Shown here: positions 18,701 through 28,034 of the stretch, piece after piece
Position numbering within the stretch: position 1 is the stretch's first letter
Layout: every line of letters starts with the position of its first letter
From: an uncultured Candidatus Saccharibacteria bacterium
GTDB taxonomy: Bacteria > Patescibacteriota > WWE3 > 2-01-FULL-39-13
Direction of reading: 5' to 3'
DNA: 64,000 nt
Assembly: GCA_965230915.1 (NCBI GenBank)
Contig: OZ246395.1
Span: 339,535 to 403,534, forward strand
Made by a program: the position numbers and the translations under genes
Notes under the pieces: generated by a model
The model's input: the letters and a program-made list of their open reading frames with translations, nothing else
Told to the model about the DNA's origin: nothing
Database searches by the model: none

Positions 18701-21700
18701 TCAGAGCTCGTAGCGGTATGAGTAATAATTGAGTCTTCCGAGTCTTCATCTATATCATCGTTTACGGCCGTAACTGTTACTGTTTGTGCGCTACTCCAAT
18801 CTGAATTTGTGAAAGTTAAAGTACTTTTATCTAGTGAAACTTCTGAGTCATGATCAATAGCAACAGTCACATCGTTTGTTGGTTGTGATGTAAGCACAAC
18901 TGTATATGAATCAGTAGATCCACCTTCTGTTACGGCTGTTGTACCGCTTGATTGTGTAACTGTTATACCAGCTGTATCGTTATCGGTTACTGTTGCTGTT
19001 ATAGATCCGATTGAAATATTGTTGTAATTTCCGTCAGAGCTCGCCGCCGTATGATTTATTGTTCCACTATGTGTTCCTTCGACTATCGAGTCATTTACAC
19101 CAGTAATAGTAACTGTTTGTGGTGTGCTCCAATTTGATGTTGTAAATGTAAGTGTTGGATTATCTACACTGACTTGTGAATCTGGAGAAACCGTAATCGT
19201 AACATCGGATGTTGGTAATGTTGAAAGAGCAATTGTGTACGAATCGGTTGCTCCACCTTCTGTTACATTTGTTGAGCCAGAACTTTCTGAAACTGAAACG
19301 CCGGCAGAATCATTATCAGTGATTTTTACAGTTTTTGTGGGGAACGAAAGTCCATTATATTTAGCATCGGAGCTTGTTGCCGTATGTGTAATTATTCCGT
19401 TGTGTGCACCTTCGGCTGTTAAATCGTCGATTGCTGTTGCAGTAATCTGTTTATTTGAATTCCAGTCTGAAGATGTAAAAGTCAAACTTGTCGGTGAAAC
19501 TTGTACTTGGGAATCTCCGCTTATGCTGACAGTAACATCAGATGTTGGCTGCGTATTTAATCTAATTGTATAAGTTGCAGTTGCGCCGCCTTCTGTAGCG
19601 TTAATTGATGTCGATGGTGTAATACTTCGTCCGGCTGTGTCGTTGTCTGTAATCGTGTATGTATAAATTACGTTTGATCCTAAAGTACCATTTGTCGGAC
19701 TTGAAAGTGTAACAATTATAGTTTCGTCATCTTCATCGATTTGATCATTAACAATTGTTACTGGAATTGTAGTTGTTGTGTTTCCAGCTGTAACAGTTGC
19801 GGTTCCACTTGCGAGCGTGTAATCTGTTCCGCTTCCAGATGCTGTGCCACCTGTTACGGCGTAGTTAACTGAAACATTTTGTGATGTTGCTGTCGAAATT
19901 GAAATTGGCAAACTAACAGAGGTTGTTGCTTCATCTCCACTTGCTGCAGTTGAAGTAAATTGAATACTTGGAATTGCTGCCGTTGCAAAGTCAGTACTTG
20001 TTTCAGTGTTTCCTCCAAATGGAACCCATGCGGAAGTGTTTCCTAACGAGTCTACAACTCGGGCTTGCCAATGATAATTTAATCCAACTGTTAGACCAGT
20101 CACACTAATTGTAGGATTTGCTTCAGATCCGGAAGTTGCCACAGGTACACTTGAAAAGTTTGCCGTTCCCGTAAATGCAGTTGTTGTCGGCTGAACTTCA
20201 GCCTGAAGAGTTAGGGTATCAGGATTATCTGCGTCATTTACTGTTGAGCCTATACACATCGCTGTTCCGTTTACAAAACCGCCAATATTTAAGGCAGATG
20301 TACAGTTAGTTTGATATTGTGCAGTCAAACTAATTGCAGGTGTCGACATGCTCTTAATAGAAACATCGTCGTAAGTCAAAGTAATTGGAGCTGAACATGT
20401 TGAAGATATAAAAGATCGAATTCCTGATGCGCCGGAATTTTGTAAGTTTGATTCTGAGTCGGTTGTAGTTAAGTCCCAAGATGTAGGTTCGGTTGTTCCA
20501 TCTTGCCATACTTTCATTCTTATTGTTGTAGGACTTGTTCCGTATGTTTGAACTCTTAGTTTATAAAAAGTATCTGCAGTAAAAGTTTCACGAGATACGG
20601 TTGTGTCTGCCGAAATTGTTGTAAGTGAAGTTGAACCGAGCAATTTTCCTGCTAGTAGTTTTAAACTTGTACCTGAAAACTGAAGTCGGTGTCTATATTC
20701 CCAATTAGTAAGTGAAGCTTGCTTTCGACTAACTACATATATAGTTTGTGTTTCATTTGTTATTGGAGCTTTATTCGATTTAACTTTAAATGTCATATCG
20801 CTATTTAATACATCCAGTCCGTCTAGCCTTTCTTGATTAGTTGTATTACAGCTTCCATGAACAGACAAACCTTGTGTTCCATTTATAGAATGCGATCCTC
20901 CTGACCCCGATTGAGCAGTTGTCCATGTTTGGCTTCCGGTTTCTGTTGTTCCCCATCCCGATGCCGCAGTTCTTGTGAATGTATCTGCAACATATGTAGT
21001 TCCGTTAAATGGAACGCTGGACACAACATTTTCGAATGATCCGATATCCATAGTTGTATTTTGTGGTATTGAGGTTCCGTCAGAGTCTTCATTCATGAAC
21101 GAATAAGCGAGCATTTCAGAATCATTAGAACCTATATCAATTGCCGGGCTTCCCGATTGTAATCTGAAGTTTCCATTCGCGGCGTCAACGAAAAGCGGAT
21201 CAACTTTTTGTGAGGTTCCATCGATTGTATAGTTTTGTGTAAATTGAGATGGAAATGGCGATCCGTCACCATCCCAGAAAATGTTATTTGTTTCTATAGG
21301 AGTCTGCCCAGTTCCAACGTATATTGCTTTAGTTCGTGCCCAAATAATATTATTCCGCATTATCAAAACATCTGTGTCGCATCCGCTACAACTTATTCCC
21401 TGTGAATCGTTCGTGCTTGATGAGTAATATGTGTTGTTGTATAAGCGAACTCCGAGAGTCGGTCCGAATGTAATGTTTTTACCATGAATAACAATAAATC
21501 TTGCTTTATCCTGGTCAGTAGATACTACGTTATAAGCGAAAACAATATCTTCGCTATTAAAATCCAGATCGTCAGTTTTTCCACCAATTTCTGAAAAAAC
21601 TCTATTCCCAATCGAAACATTGTGGTGAATAACATTTCTTTTCGCGTCATAAACTTCAATTGCATTACTTTCGATCATTCCGGATTCGGGCGGACAATTT

Positions 21701-22548
21701 GCTTTATTGTCCTTCATGAAATTGTAGGCAACTATATTGTCATTACCTTTTATATCGATTGCTTTAGCTCCATTTAGTGATTGTTGAGGAACAATATCGT
21801 TAGCAGCTGCAGTATTTTCTGAAATATCATTATATATAATAGTAAGATGATGAGGAGTTACACTCGCATCTGCTTCATTCACTTGAACATTTATCCCTCT
21901 AGAAAATTGCGTAATGGTGCTGTTTTGAATAGTAATATGGTGAGATGTTGTACCAACTTTTACTCCGTAAAAATATCCGAATGCCATGTCAGGGCAAAGT
22001 GTAAATCCCCCTTCTGCTTCAGTACCATGCGGCAACGTTGACTGGTCTGCCGTTAGTTTTAGATTCTCGATAGTAATGTAAGTTCCAATAACTTCGATGG
22101 CCGTGCTTGTATCAGGGTAATCTAGCCAGAGAATTGGTTGAGCGCCTGTTCCATATGCCCCAATTGTAATTGGACTTTCACTAGTTCCAGTCCAATCTGC
22201 TTTAATATTGTATCCGGTAAAATTGCACCCTCTATTTAAGTATAAATTCTCACCAGCAGATAAATTTACTTGTGTGCCATCTGCACCTCTACCAGTAAAA
22301 CGCTTTAAAGTTTTATATGGAGTTCCTGAAGTTCCATCGCCATTATCGTTTGCAGCATTACAATCAACATAGTAATCCCTTGCAAATGCCGAAGCCGGTT
22401 TTACTAAAGTGAAAAATACAAAAATAAGTGGAAGAATAAAAAAAAGAATCCGAAGATTCTTTGTCGGTGCATCGCCCGCAGTGTAATTCAAGAAACCATT
22501 AAGATTATTCCGAGCATGTGGACGGAAGGGCATTTTTACAAATAACAA
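15616..22548 (-). CDS. Giant (2310 aa) secreted multidomain protein: right-handed beta-helix (pectin-lyase fold) + lectin-like middle region + ~11 tandem Ig/Calx-beta-like repeats + acidic stretch + C-terminal dockerin
   Basis: Signal/TM peptide at the N-terminus; beta-helix-type repeats with NxxI/NN ladders in residues ~60-520; tandem ~105-aa repeats with consensus DNDTAGITVTQSGGTTAVTEGGATDSYTIVL.SQP..DVTV...LTFT.SNW.TPQTVTVTA.ND; two dockerin type-I Ca-binding segments at the C-terminus (DITGDNKFDMKDLQVIMDNW and DLNADGIIDLSDLSILARNW). Confidence 0.85.
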   Translation of the reverse strand: MLFVKMPFRPHARNNLNGFLNYTAGDAPTKNLRILFFILPLIFVFFTLVKPASAFARDYYVDCNAANDNGDGTSGTPYKTLKRFTGRGADGTQVNLSAGENLYLNRGCNFTGYNIKADWTGTSESPITIGAYGTGAQPILWLDYPDTSTAIEVIGTYITIENLKLTADQSTLPHGTEAEGGFTLCPDMAFGYFYGVKVGTTSHHITIQNSTITQFSRGINVQVNEADASVTPHHLTIIYNDISENTAAANDIVPQQSLNGAKAIDIKGNDNIVAYNFMKDNKANCPPESGMIESNAIEVYDAKRNVIHHNVSIGNRVFSEIGGKTDDLDFNSEDIVFAYNVVSTDQDKARFIVIHGKNITFGPTLGVRLYNNTYYSSSTNDSQGISCSGCDTDVLIMRNNIIWARTKAIYVGTGQTPIETNNIFWDGDGSPFPSQFTQNYTIDGTSQKVDPLFVDAANGNFRLQSGSPAIDIGSNDSEMLAYSFMNEDSDGTSIPQNTTMDIGSFENVVSSVPFNGTTYVADTFTRTAASGWGTTETGSQTWTTAQSGSGGSHSINGTQGLSVHGSCNTTNQERLDGLDVLNSDMTFKVKSNKAPITNETQTIYVVSRKQASLTNWEYRHRLQFSGTSLKLLAGKLLGSTSLTTISADTTVSRETFTADTFYKLRVQTYGTSPTTIRMKVWQDGTTEPTSWDLTTTDSESNLQNSGASGIRSFISSTCSAPITLTYDDVSIKSMSTPAISLTAQYQTNCTSALNIGGFVNGTAMCIGSTVNDADNPDTLTLQAEVQPTTTAFTGTANFSSVPVATSGSEANPTISVTGLTVGLNYHWQARVVDSLGNTSAWVPFGGNTETSTDFATAAIPSIQFTSTAASGDEATTSVSLPISISTATSQNVSVNYAVTGGTASGSGTDYTLASGTATVTAGNTTTTIPVTIVNDQIDEDDETIIVTLSSPTNGTLGSNVIYTYTITDNDTAGRSITPSTSINATEGGATATYTIRLNTQPTSDVTVSISGDSQVQVSPTSLTFTSSDWNSNKQITATAIDDLTAEGAHNGIITHTATSSDAKYNGLSFPTKTVKITDNDSAGVSVSESSGSTNVTEGGATDSYTIALSTLPTSDVTITVSPDSQVSVDNPTLTFTTSNWSTPQTVTITGVNDSIVEGTHSGTINHTAASSDGNYNNISIGSITATVTDNDTAGITVTQSSGTTAVTEGGSTDSYTVVLTSQPTNDVTVAIDHDSEVSLDKSTLTFTNSDWSSAQTVTVTAVNDDIDEDSEDSIITHTATSSDSNYNAISVDSVTTAVTDNDTADINISESGGGTDVTEGGTTDTFTIVLASEPTSSVSVDLSSLQVTALNQDPLTPDEENPIVPDILFTASNWDTPQTIVVTAIDDEVQEGSHTGDISFEITSSDTKYSVLNISDIIVDITDNDTAGITVTQSGGTTAVTEGGATDTYTIVLDSQPSADVTVDLSTTSRLQLSASSLTFTTSNWDTPQTVTVIATNDSNYIGNGSVDITHTATSSDDNYDGISISTVSVSITEDETPGITITQSGGSTNVTEGGATDSYTIVLDNQPSADVTVNIAGTGGQVSLSAPSVTFTDLNWDTPQTVTITALNDSIAEGAHQATLTHTSTSSDGAFNGLTIGQVIVNISDNDTAAISISQSSGSTEVAEAGETSDSYTVVLTSQPTSDVTVNITGNDSVDLDKTSLSFTTGNWDTPQTVTVTANNDSVATGNYSNVLTHTSSSSDTNYSGKTSNVTVLVTDDDTSGITVTETGGDTAISESGTTDTFTVVLDTQPSSDVTISMATSEATAYKQGTSSSTLTFTNSNWNVAQTVTVTATDDNVAEGSHSRTVSFAVSSSDLSYNDFDIPGVDFTVTDNDTAGVTLSQSSGSTTVNEDGTTDTYTVVLNTQPTNTVIINPDPDSGVTVNPTSLTFTISNWNTPQTITVSAVDNLIIDGTRSKNIDHEALSTDNFYDGISINSITVSVEDNEVPGVTLSQSDGSTSVNEHGGTDIYTISLNTIPAANVTINIATTSDEITISESELTFTASDWNVPQSITVTGIDDDDFQGNRTATITHSSESDDSDFDDLDISNVVVTITDDEREENVEIQVTETGGDTVVEEGGDTDTIEVELSDQPSEKVKIKLSADDDGKYIDIDDSTLEIEPDDWEKSKKVKIKAIDNNTVDGDHKVKIKYEVDSEDGRYDDIDVNDTEIYVKDNDIKVKNEADIPGDGITPYIPRSGETNTPVTEPSEPVLEMTEIKTKDITGDNKFDMKDLQVIMDNWLKNISGRSDGDLNADGIIDLSDLSILARNWEE
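16400..19950 (-). repeat. In-frame tandem coding repeats (~315-330 nt units, ~11 copies) encoding Ig-like/Calx-beta-like domains
   Basis: Protein-level periodicity of ~105 aa with conserved VTEGG.TD.YT..L...P..DVTV...LTFT..NW..PQTVTV core; copies are divergent at the nucleotide level. Confidence 0.7.
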
Positions 22549-22695
22549 GAATTTTAATAACTTCCGTTTAGCTTAATCCTCATATCTATATAGCACAACC
22601 CCCAAATAACACCTTGGTTATGGGAATATAGAGCTTCTATATAGATGCTTATCAGTAATTTGATTAGTGTGATACTCAGTTGCTAATATAAGCTT

Positions 22696-23127
22696 ATGGA
22701 TTTAAAGTCTACCTCCCTTTTTATTGTGCTTTCGTTGTTAACAGGAATATTAATAGTTGCAAGCCTAACACTTGGGATATTTCCGCTAGCCTTTATTGTG
22801 GTTGTATACCTTTGTTTCGCCGGTTTTTATATTAATCATAAAAATACTAAAGAAACTTCATTAAGATATTTCGCATACTGCATTTTGCCAATATTGCCTA
22901 TTTATTTAACTCGATTATTCGCTATGACTTCAGAAGATTATGGTTTATATAAGTTAGTAATAGATTTTCTGATTTGCCTACCCTATTCTATTGCCGCATT
23001 TGTAATTGGAATTATCCTTATGGCAAGAAGCGCTTTTATGAAAAATAATTTATTCACAGCTTATAATTTAATTTTTTCTTTTGCGTTGTCCGCGATTATT
23101 TATATTTCATTGGTTCGGAATTGGTAA
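22696..23127 (+). CDS. Hypothetical 4-TM membrane protein
   Basis: 143 aa, hydrophobic; the only + strand gene between the giant-protein gene and the ABC operon. Confidence 0.4.
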   Translation: MDLKSTSLFIVLSLLTGILIVASLTLGIFPLAFIVVVYLCFAGFYINHKNTKETSLRYFAYCILPILPIYLTRLFAMTSEDYGLYKLVIDFLICLPYSIAAFVIGIILMARSAFMKNNLFTAYNLIFSFALSAIIYISLVRNW

Positions 23128-23129
23128 GG

Positions 23130-24350
23130 CTACTCATATCTTAACGCCTCAATCGGCTGCAATTTCGACGCCTTTTGTGCTGGGTACCATCCGAAAATTA
23201 TTCCGATTAAACACGAGACTCCTGCTGATAATAAAATTGCATTTGGCGCGAATACAAATGACAGGTTCATTAACTTGGTGATTCCGTAAGATGCTCCTAC
23301 CCCGATTAAGATTCCGATTATTCCTCCTGTTATAGTTAGCACAACTGCCTCGACTAAAAACTGTGTAACGATTGTTCGGCGTTTTGCTCCGAGGGCTTTT
23401 CTAAGGCCTATTTCCATTGTTCGCTCGGTGACGGTTACTAGCATTATATTCATGATTCCAATTCCTCCTACTATTAAAGAGATTGCGGCGATTCCAGCTA
23501 ACAATGATGTGAAGGTTCCGGTTACTTCGCTGATTGTGTCGAGTAAATCTTCTTGTGAAGAGATTGAAAAATCGGCATCGTCTGGAGTATCTAGATTATG
23601 GCGCTCTAGTAAAAAGAAACCGATTTGGTTTTGTGCAGCTTCCATTACGTTTTCGTCTTTTGCAGTTACATAAATTGTCGAAACGTAATCGACTCCGAAT
23701 AATATATTTTGTGCAGTTGAAAGTGGAATGTAAACGGCTTCGCTTGAACTTCCGAATCCAGAAACTTCTTCGGAGATTCCAACGATGTCATAAGTGCTGC
23801 CTTCGATTTTTATTTGTGCCCCAACGCCTGTGCTGGAATTTCCGAATAATTCGGTTGCAACATCGGGAGTTATAACTGCAACTTTTCTTGTAGATAAAAT
23901 GTCGTCGGTTGTAATTGGGGATCCAATTGTTACTTCTATATTTCGTAAATCAAAATAATTTTCACTGACTCCAATTACAGTTGCGTTCATGTTTGCATCT
24001 TCGTATGCTAGCTGCCCCCTCGAAGAATATTCTGATGCAACTTTATCGATTGTTGTTATTCGATCTTCTGTCGCGATGGCTTCGGCGTCTTGTAAAGTTA
24101 ATGTAGTTCCGCTTCCTGATTGTCCGCCAAGAAAGCCGCCACCGCTACTTGCACCTGGTCTAATAGTTAATAAGTTTGCTCCTAAAGATTGTATTTGAGA
24201 TTTGATGCTTTCCTGGCTTGCTTGTCCAAGAGACATTAATGCAATAACTGATCCGACACCAATAATTATTCCGAGTGCAGAAAGTGCTGTTCGCAGTTTG
24301 TTTGTTGTTAAGACTGATATGGATTCCTCAAAAATTTCTATTAAGTTCAT
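23130..24350 (-). CDS. macB: ABC transporter permease, MacB/FtsX family (large periplasmic domain)
   Basis: N-terminal TM, ~220-aa periplasmic domain, three C-terminal TM helices with the FtsX fold; start overlaps the ATPase stop (4 nt). Confidence 0.85.
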   Translation of the reverse strand: MNLIEIFEESISVLTTNKLRTALSALGIIIGVGSVIALMSLGQASQESIKSQIQSLGANLLTIRPGASSGGGFLGGQSGSGTTLTLQDAEAIATEDRITTIDKVASEYSSRGQLAYEDANMNATVIGVSENYFDLRNIEVTIGSPITTDDILSTRKVAVITPDVATELFGNSSTGVGAQIKIEGSTYDIVGISEEVSGFGSSSEAVYIPLSTAQNILFGVDYVSTIYVTAKDENVMEAAQNQIGFFLLERHNLDTPDDADFSISSQEDLLDTISEVTGTFTSLLAGIAAISLIVGGIGIMNIMLVTVTERTMEIGLRKALGAKRRTIVTQFLVEAVVLTITGGIIGILIGVGASYGITKLMNLSFVFAPNAILLSAGVSCLIGIIFGWYPAQKASKLQPIEALRYE

Positions 24351-25033
24351 TTTTTGCCCTTCCCTTTCGTGTCGCTGACGAGTTTGCCGTCAACAAGTTT
24401 TATAACTCGGTTCGCACGTTGTGCGATTTCATCATTGTGAGTAATTACTATAATAGTATGTCCCTTTTTGTTTAGGTCCTTAAAGATGTCGATTATTTCA
24501 TCGCTTTGATTTGTAGGAAGGTTTCCGGTTGGTTCATCGGCTAATAATATAGATGGTTCCATTGTTAGAGCGCGGGCGATAGCGACTCTTTGTTTTTGAC
24601 CTCCGGAAAGTTCATTAGGTCTATTTGAAAGTTTATTTCCAAGTCCGACAACATTTAAATATTTCTGTGCACGTTCCAATCTTTCAGATTTAGAGAGTCC
24701 ACCATAAGCCATTGGCAACGAAACATTTTTTAATGCGGATGTTCTTGGTAATAAGTTGTATGACTGAAAAATAAATCCAATTTCTTTGTTTCGAATTTCA
24801 GCGAGTTCGTCGTCGCTTAAATTTTCTACGTTTTGATTATTTAAAATATATTGTCCGCTAGATGGAACATCGAGAGCTCCGAGTATATGCATGAGTGTAG
24901 ATTTACCAGAACCAGATGGGCCGATTATCGCGACAAATTCTCCTTTATCAATTTTAAAGTTGATATCAGATAAAGCGTGAGTCGTAACGTCTCCGTTTAC
25001 GTAAGTTTTAGTGATGTGTTTTACTTCGATCAT
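24347..25033 (-). CDS. ABC transporter ATP-binding protein (MacB/LolD-type)
   Basis: Walker A GPSGSGKST, signature LSGGQKQRVAIARAL, Walker B ILLADEPTGNL, H-loop ITHN. Confidence 0.9.
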   Translation of the reverse strand: MIEVKHITKTYVNGDVTTHALSDINFKIDKGEFVAIIGPSGSGKSTLMHILGALDVPSSGQYILNNQNVENLSDDELAEIRNKEIGFIFQSYNLLPRTSALKNVSLPMAYGGLSKSERLERAQKYLNVVGLGNKLSNRPNELSGGQKQRVAIARALTMEPSILLADEPTGNLPTNQSDEIIDIFKDLNKKGHTIIVITHNDEIAQRANRVIKLVDGKLVSDTKGKGKK

Positions 25034-25034
25034 G

Positions 25035-26264
25035 TTATTGTCTAACTCTTACTGCTCCGCCTGTTCCGAATGTGCCGATACGAACATTGTTTTGTGTGTT
25101 TGTATTCGTAAAGCCACTCGTCGAAAACGCCGTTACAATAACTTCATCGCCTTCATTTACCCCACTAATAATTTCTGTGTTATCATCGCCGATTAAGCCA
25201 GTTTGAACTTCGACTTTTCCATTTAAAGTTGTTACATAGGATTTGCCATCTCTATCTTTTGTAACTGCACTTGATGGAACCGAAACCACATCAGCTTTTT
25301 CTTCGACAATTATTTCGGCATCAACGCTCATGTTTGGTAAAACGTTTGGAGAATCGTTTTCGAATTGAATTATTACCGGATAATTCGAAACTCCATTTGA
25401 TGACTCGCCTATTCTGTCGATTCCGACAACAGTTCCTGTGAAAGTTTCATCTTTAATACTGCTCATAGTTAAGTTAACTTTTTGCCCGACTTTTATTTTA
25501 TTTATATCGACTTCGGTTATGTTTACAGTTGCAAGTGGAGTTCCCTCTTGTTTAATTGATGCGACAGTTTGAATTGATTTTTCGGATACAGAGTTTTCAA
25601 CTTTCATACCTGCGACTGCTACGATGTTTGCGACTGTTCCGCTAGCCGGAGCTGTAATTATCGGAGATTGCGATTGGTAATTTATTGATGATGAACTTAA
25701 CGATAATTGTTGTTGCGAAATATTTTTGGCTTGTAAATCGTATGATTGTTTCGCAGAAACATATTCTGCATATGCAGTATCGTATTCTAATTTTTCTGCA
25801 TCGGTTTGATAGCTCGTTCGTTTTTTAACTTCATCAAGTTTCGCTTCTTTTTGCTTTAATGTGTTTTGAAGATTTACGAGTTGATTCTTAGCTTCTTGAA
25901 GTTGAATTTGCGATCCGGTGTAACTTGCGAGTGAACTTGTTTGGCTCGCCTCCCCTTCGTTGTCTAGTGTTACTTCCATTAATTTCTGACCTTCGGTAAC
26001 TGTGTCACCTTCTTTTACAAAAACTTCTTTGATGATTCCATTTACTGAAGTTGTTACCGCTAGATAGTTAGCAGTTGCGATTGTTCCCGATGCTGCGATT
26101 GTGGACTTAACTGTTCCACGTTCAGCAGTTCTGGTAAGAGTTGGAAGTTCTGATGTAGATGAATTACTCATGGAATTTTTATAGTAGAAGTAGCTTACGC
26201 CGCCGACTACTATAAGGATTGCAGGAATGATCCATTTATAGTTAGTTTTTAAATATTTTTTCAT
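25035..26264 (-). CDS. macA: Periplasmic adaptor subunit, HlyD/MacA family
   Basis: N-terminal TM anchor, long coiled-coil (QLQEAKNQLVNLQNTLKQKEAKLDE...), beta-barrel/lipoyl-like segments; translationally coupled to the ABC ATPase. Confidence 0.8.
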   Translation of the reverse strand: MKKYLKTNYKWIIPAILIVVGGVSYFYYKNSMSNSSTSELPTLTRTAERGTVKSTIAASGTIATANYLAVTTSVNGIIKEVFVKEGDTVTEGQKLMEVTLDNEGEASQTSSLASYTGSQIQLQEAKNQLVNLQNTLKQKEAKLDEVKKRTSYQTDAEKLEYDTAYAEYVSAKQSYDLQAKNISQQQLSLSSSSINYQSQSPIITAPASGTVANIVAVAGMKVENSVSEKSIQTVASIKQEGTPLATVNITEVDINKIKVGQKVNLTMSSIKDETFTGTVVGIDRIGESSNGVSNYPVIIQFENDSPNVLPNMSVDAEIIVEEKADVVSVPSSAVTKDRDGKSYVTTLNGKVEVQTGLIGDDNTEIISGVNEGDEVIVTAFSTSGFTNTNTQNNVRIGTFGTGGAVRVRQ

Positions 26265-26309
26265 ACGCGAAGTATACGCCTAGAAAACTGAAAAGGTGCT
26301 GAGAGAGTA

Positions 26310-26819
26310 TTAATTTGTGAATTCTTGTATGAGCTTACTCAATAATTCTATTCTACTTTTCTCAGCCTCCAACAAATGTAATGGAAAGTGTTGTTCATAC
26401 TTATGGTGGATTAATTTGTCTTTTTTGGATAAAAATTGTGTATGGAATACTTTTTTGCACATATCGCTACTGTATCCACTGATATTATGCCCGAGGATTG
26501 TTAATAGAAGCCCTTCTAGACAGGGTGATGAGAAATAAACGCGGAAATCATACTGCTTGATTTTAGCTTGGTATTTTTCTGAAATAGGCATATCAGAGTC
26601 AAGCAGAATAAACTTTTCGTTGAAATCAAACGCCTTTACTTGCCTTATCGCGTGGTCTATTACACTATGTGGTCCTCCACCACCTCCGTTTGTTATTACT
26701 ATTCTAGTTTCATTTTTTTTCGCATATTTGCTATTGATATACCGCATTAAAGCTTCTTCCGTCGGACCTTCTCCATAAGCAAGTTTAGTTTTAAGTATTG
26801 GGCGGATGAATCGTCTCAT
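26310..26819 (-). CDS. RloB/DUF4276-like small protein (TOPRIM-like) - partner of the AAA_21 ATPase
   Basis: 169 aa; N-terminal LAYGEGPTEEALMRYI resembles the (V/C)EG.TE motif of RloB/DUF4276; C-terminal SSPCLEGLLLTILGH resembles the NPcFE.WlLlH motif of RloB; starts 3 nt after the ATPase stop. Confidence 0.5.
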   Translation of the reverse strand: MRRFIRPILKTKLAYGEGPTEEALMRYINSKYAKKNETRIVITNGGGGGPHSVIDHAIRQVKAFDFNEKFILLDSDMPISEKYQAKIKQYDFRVYFSSPCLEGLLLTILGHNISGYSSDMCKKVFHTQFLSKKDKLIHHKYEQHFPLHLLEAEKSRIELLSKLIQEFTN

Positions 26820-26822
26820 ATT

Positions 26823-28034
26823 CTATATATTAGGTAGTCCTCCGTACGCTCCAGAGAAGTACTTAGCATGTAAATTTTCGTCCGGTCTTATTCCCTTAAT
26901 ACTATCAAGTCGCCATACGATGCTGCTTCCTTTTCTATCCTCCTTTTCCACCATTAATATTTGATATTTATCGAGTTTATTGAATATGTGGTACTGATGT
27001 GTTGTGAATATGAACTGGGCATTATTCTCGTTTATATCTTTAGATGTAAATAGATTTATCAGTTCATTTACCATATTAGGGTGCAGAACATTGTCAAATT
27101 CATCTATGATGGCAACGCTACCTTTCTTGATTGCTACTAGCATTATTTTCAGCAAATGTATTAACCGTCTTGTACCGCTAGATTCTAGTTCATACGGTAT
27201 TATAAATTCATTTTTTAGGAATTTATGAAATCCAAATGCGCTATATTTCGCATTGGATTTTTTATTTTTTTGTTTTTCGTCATCTTCAGTAAATGTGAGT
27301 AAGTCGTGCATACCAATATCATATTTTTTCAAGAGGTCAATGATAACCAGCTTTATTGCTTTGTTTTCTTCAAGGAATTCAATTAGGCTATTTTCATTAT
27401 CGTCTGCAGATTTTCTTTCATGAAGGATATCAGTGTAAGCTATGCTGCAATAAATCGAATGCCAATAATCAAATATGTCGCTTATGTATTTGTTGTTAGA
27501 TTTCTCAACAACAGATAAAAATGAAGCATTTGGGGGCACTAGTTCCCTAAATTTAGCGACTGAGGACAATTCTTCTGAAAATTTATATACATAATTATTA
27601 CTTTTAAATTCTCTTTGGAATAAAGATGCATATCGATTCGTTTTATGGTTCCATATTTTTAGTGACTCTGACTCAATTATATTTTTATTTAGAGTAAGAC
27701 TATACTTAAAGACATTCTTTTGTGTCTCAAAGGTTACTGACAAGTCTGTAGGTTTACGATTATCAGGTAGTCCGAAGGTCACGAAAGGCATGTACCTAGA
27801 TTTATTTTGGCTAAATGATTCTGTTAGAACCCATTTTATGAAGGGAATTACTCTTAGGGCATTCGTTTTCCCGGTCGCATTAGCTCCAGTTATGGCGAGA
27901 ACCTTAGTTATTCGTCCATTATTTCTAGACTTTATATATGATTCTGAGAGAGGGGCTTTGTTATTAACCTCTAAATCAACCGTAGCTTCCTTAAGAAAGG
28001 AGTAGAAGTTTTTAAAAGTATAATTATGGATCAT
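26823..28034 (-). CDS. AAA_21-family ATPase (AbiLi / RloA / PD-T4-4 A-type)
   Basis: Walker A ITGANATGKTN near the N-terminus, long insertion, then ABC-signature-like ESSGTRRL, Walker B SVAIIDEFDNVLHP and H-loop FTTHQ near the C-terminus: the split ABC-like NTPase layout of PF13304 proteins. Confidence 0.8.
   Translation of the reverse strand: MIHNYTFKNFYSFLKEATVDLEVNNKAPLSESYIKSRNNGRITKVLAITGANATGKTNALRVIPFIKWVLTESFSQNKSRYMPFVTFGLPDNRKPTDLSVTFETQKNVFKYSLTLNKNIIESESLKIWNHKTNRYASLFQREFKSNNYVYKFSEELSSVAKFRELVPPNASFLSVVEKSNNKYISDIFDYWHSIYCSIAYTDILHERKSADDNENSLIEFLEENKAIKLVIIDLLKKYDIGMHDLLTFTEDDEKQKNKKSNAKYSAFGFHKFLKNEFIIPYELESSGTRRLIHLLKIMLVAIKKGSVAIIDEFDNVLHPNMVNELINLFTSKDINENNAQFIFTTHQYHIFNKLDKYQILMVEKEDRKGSSIVWRLDSIKGIRPDENLHAKYFSGAYGGLPNI

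Noticed and set aside
16029-19573. Multiple 60-150-aa ORFs on the + strand inside the giant-protein gene (e.g. 16029..16271, 17054..17320, 17372..17683, 19124..19573)
   Set aside because: They are antisense or alternate-frame shadows of a long, low-stop-density Thr/Ser/Gly/Asp-rich coding region. They have no start context and odd compositions (Leu/Arg/His runs).
16400-19950. Possible CRISPR array, given the regular ~320-nt periodicity
   Set aside because: The repeats are in-frame protein-domain repeats inside a continuous ORF. They are diverged at the DNA level, far longer than CRISPR repeats, and have no spacer/repeat alternation or leader.
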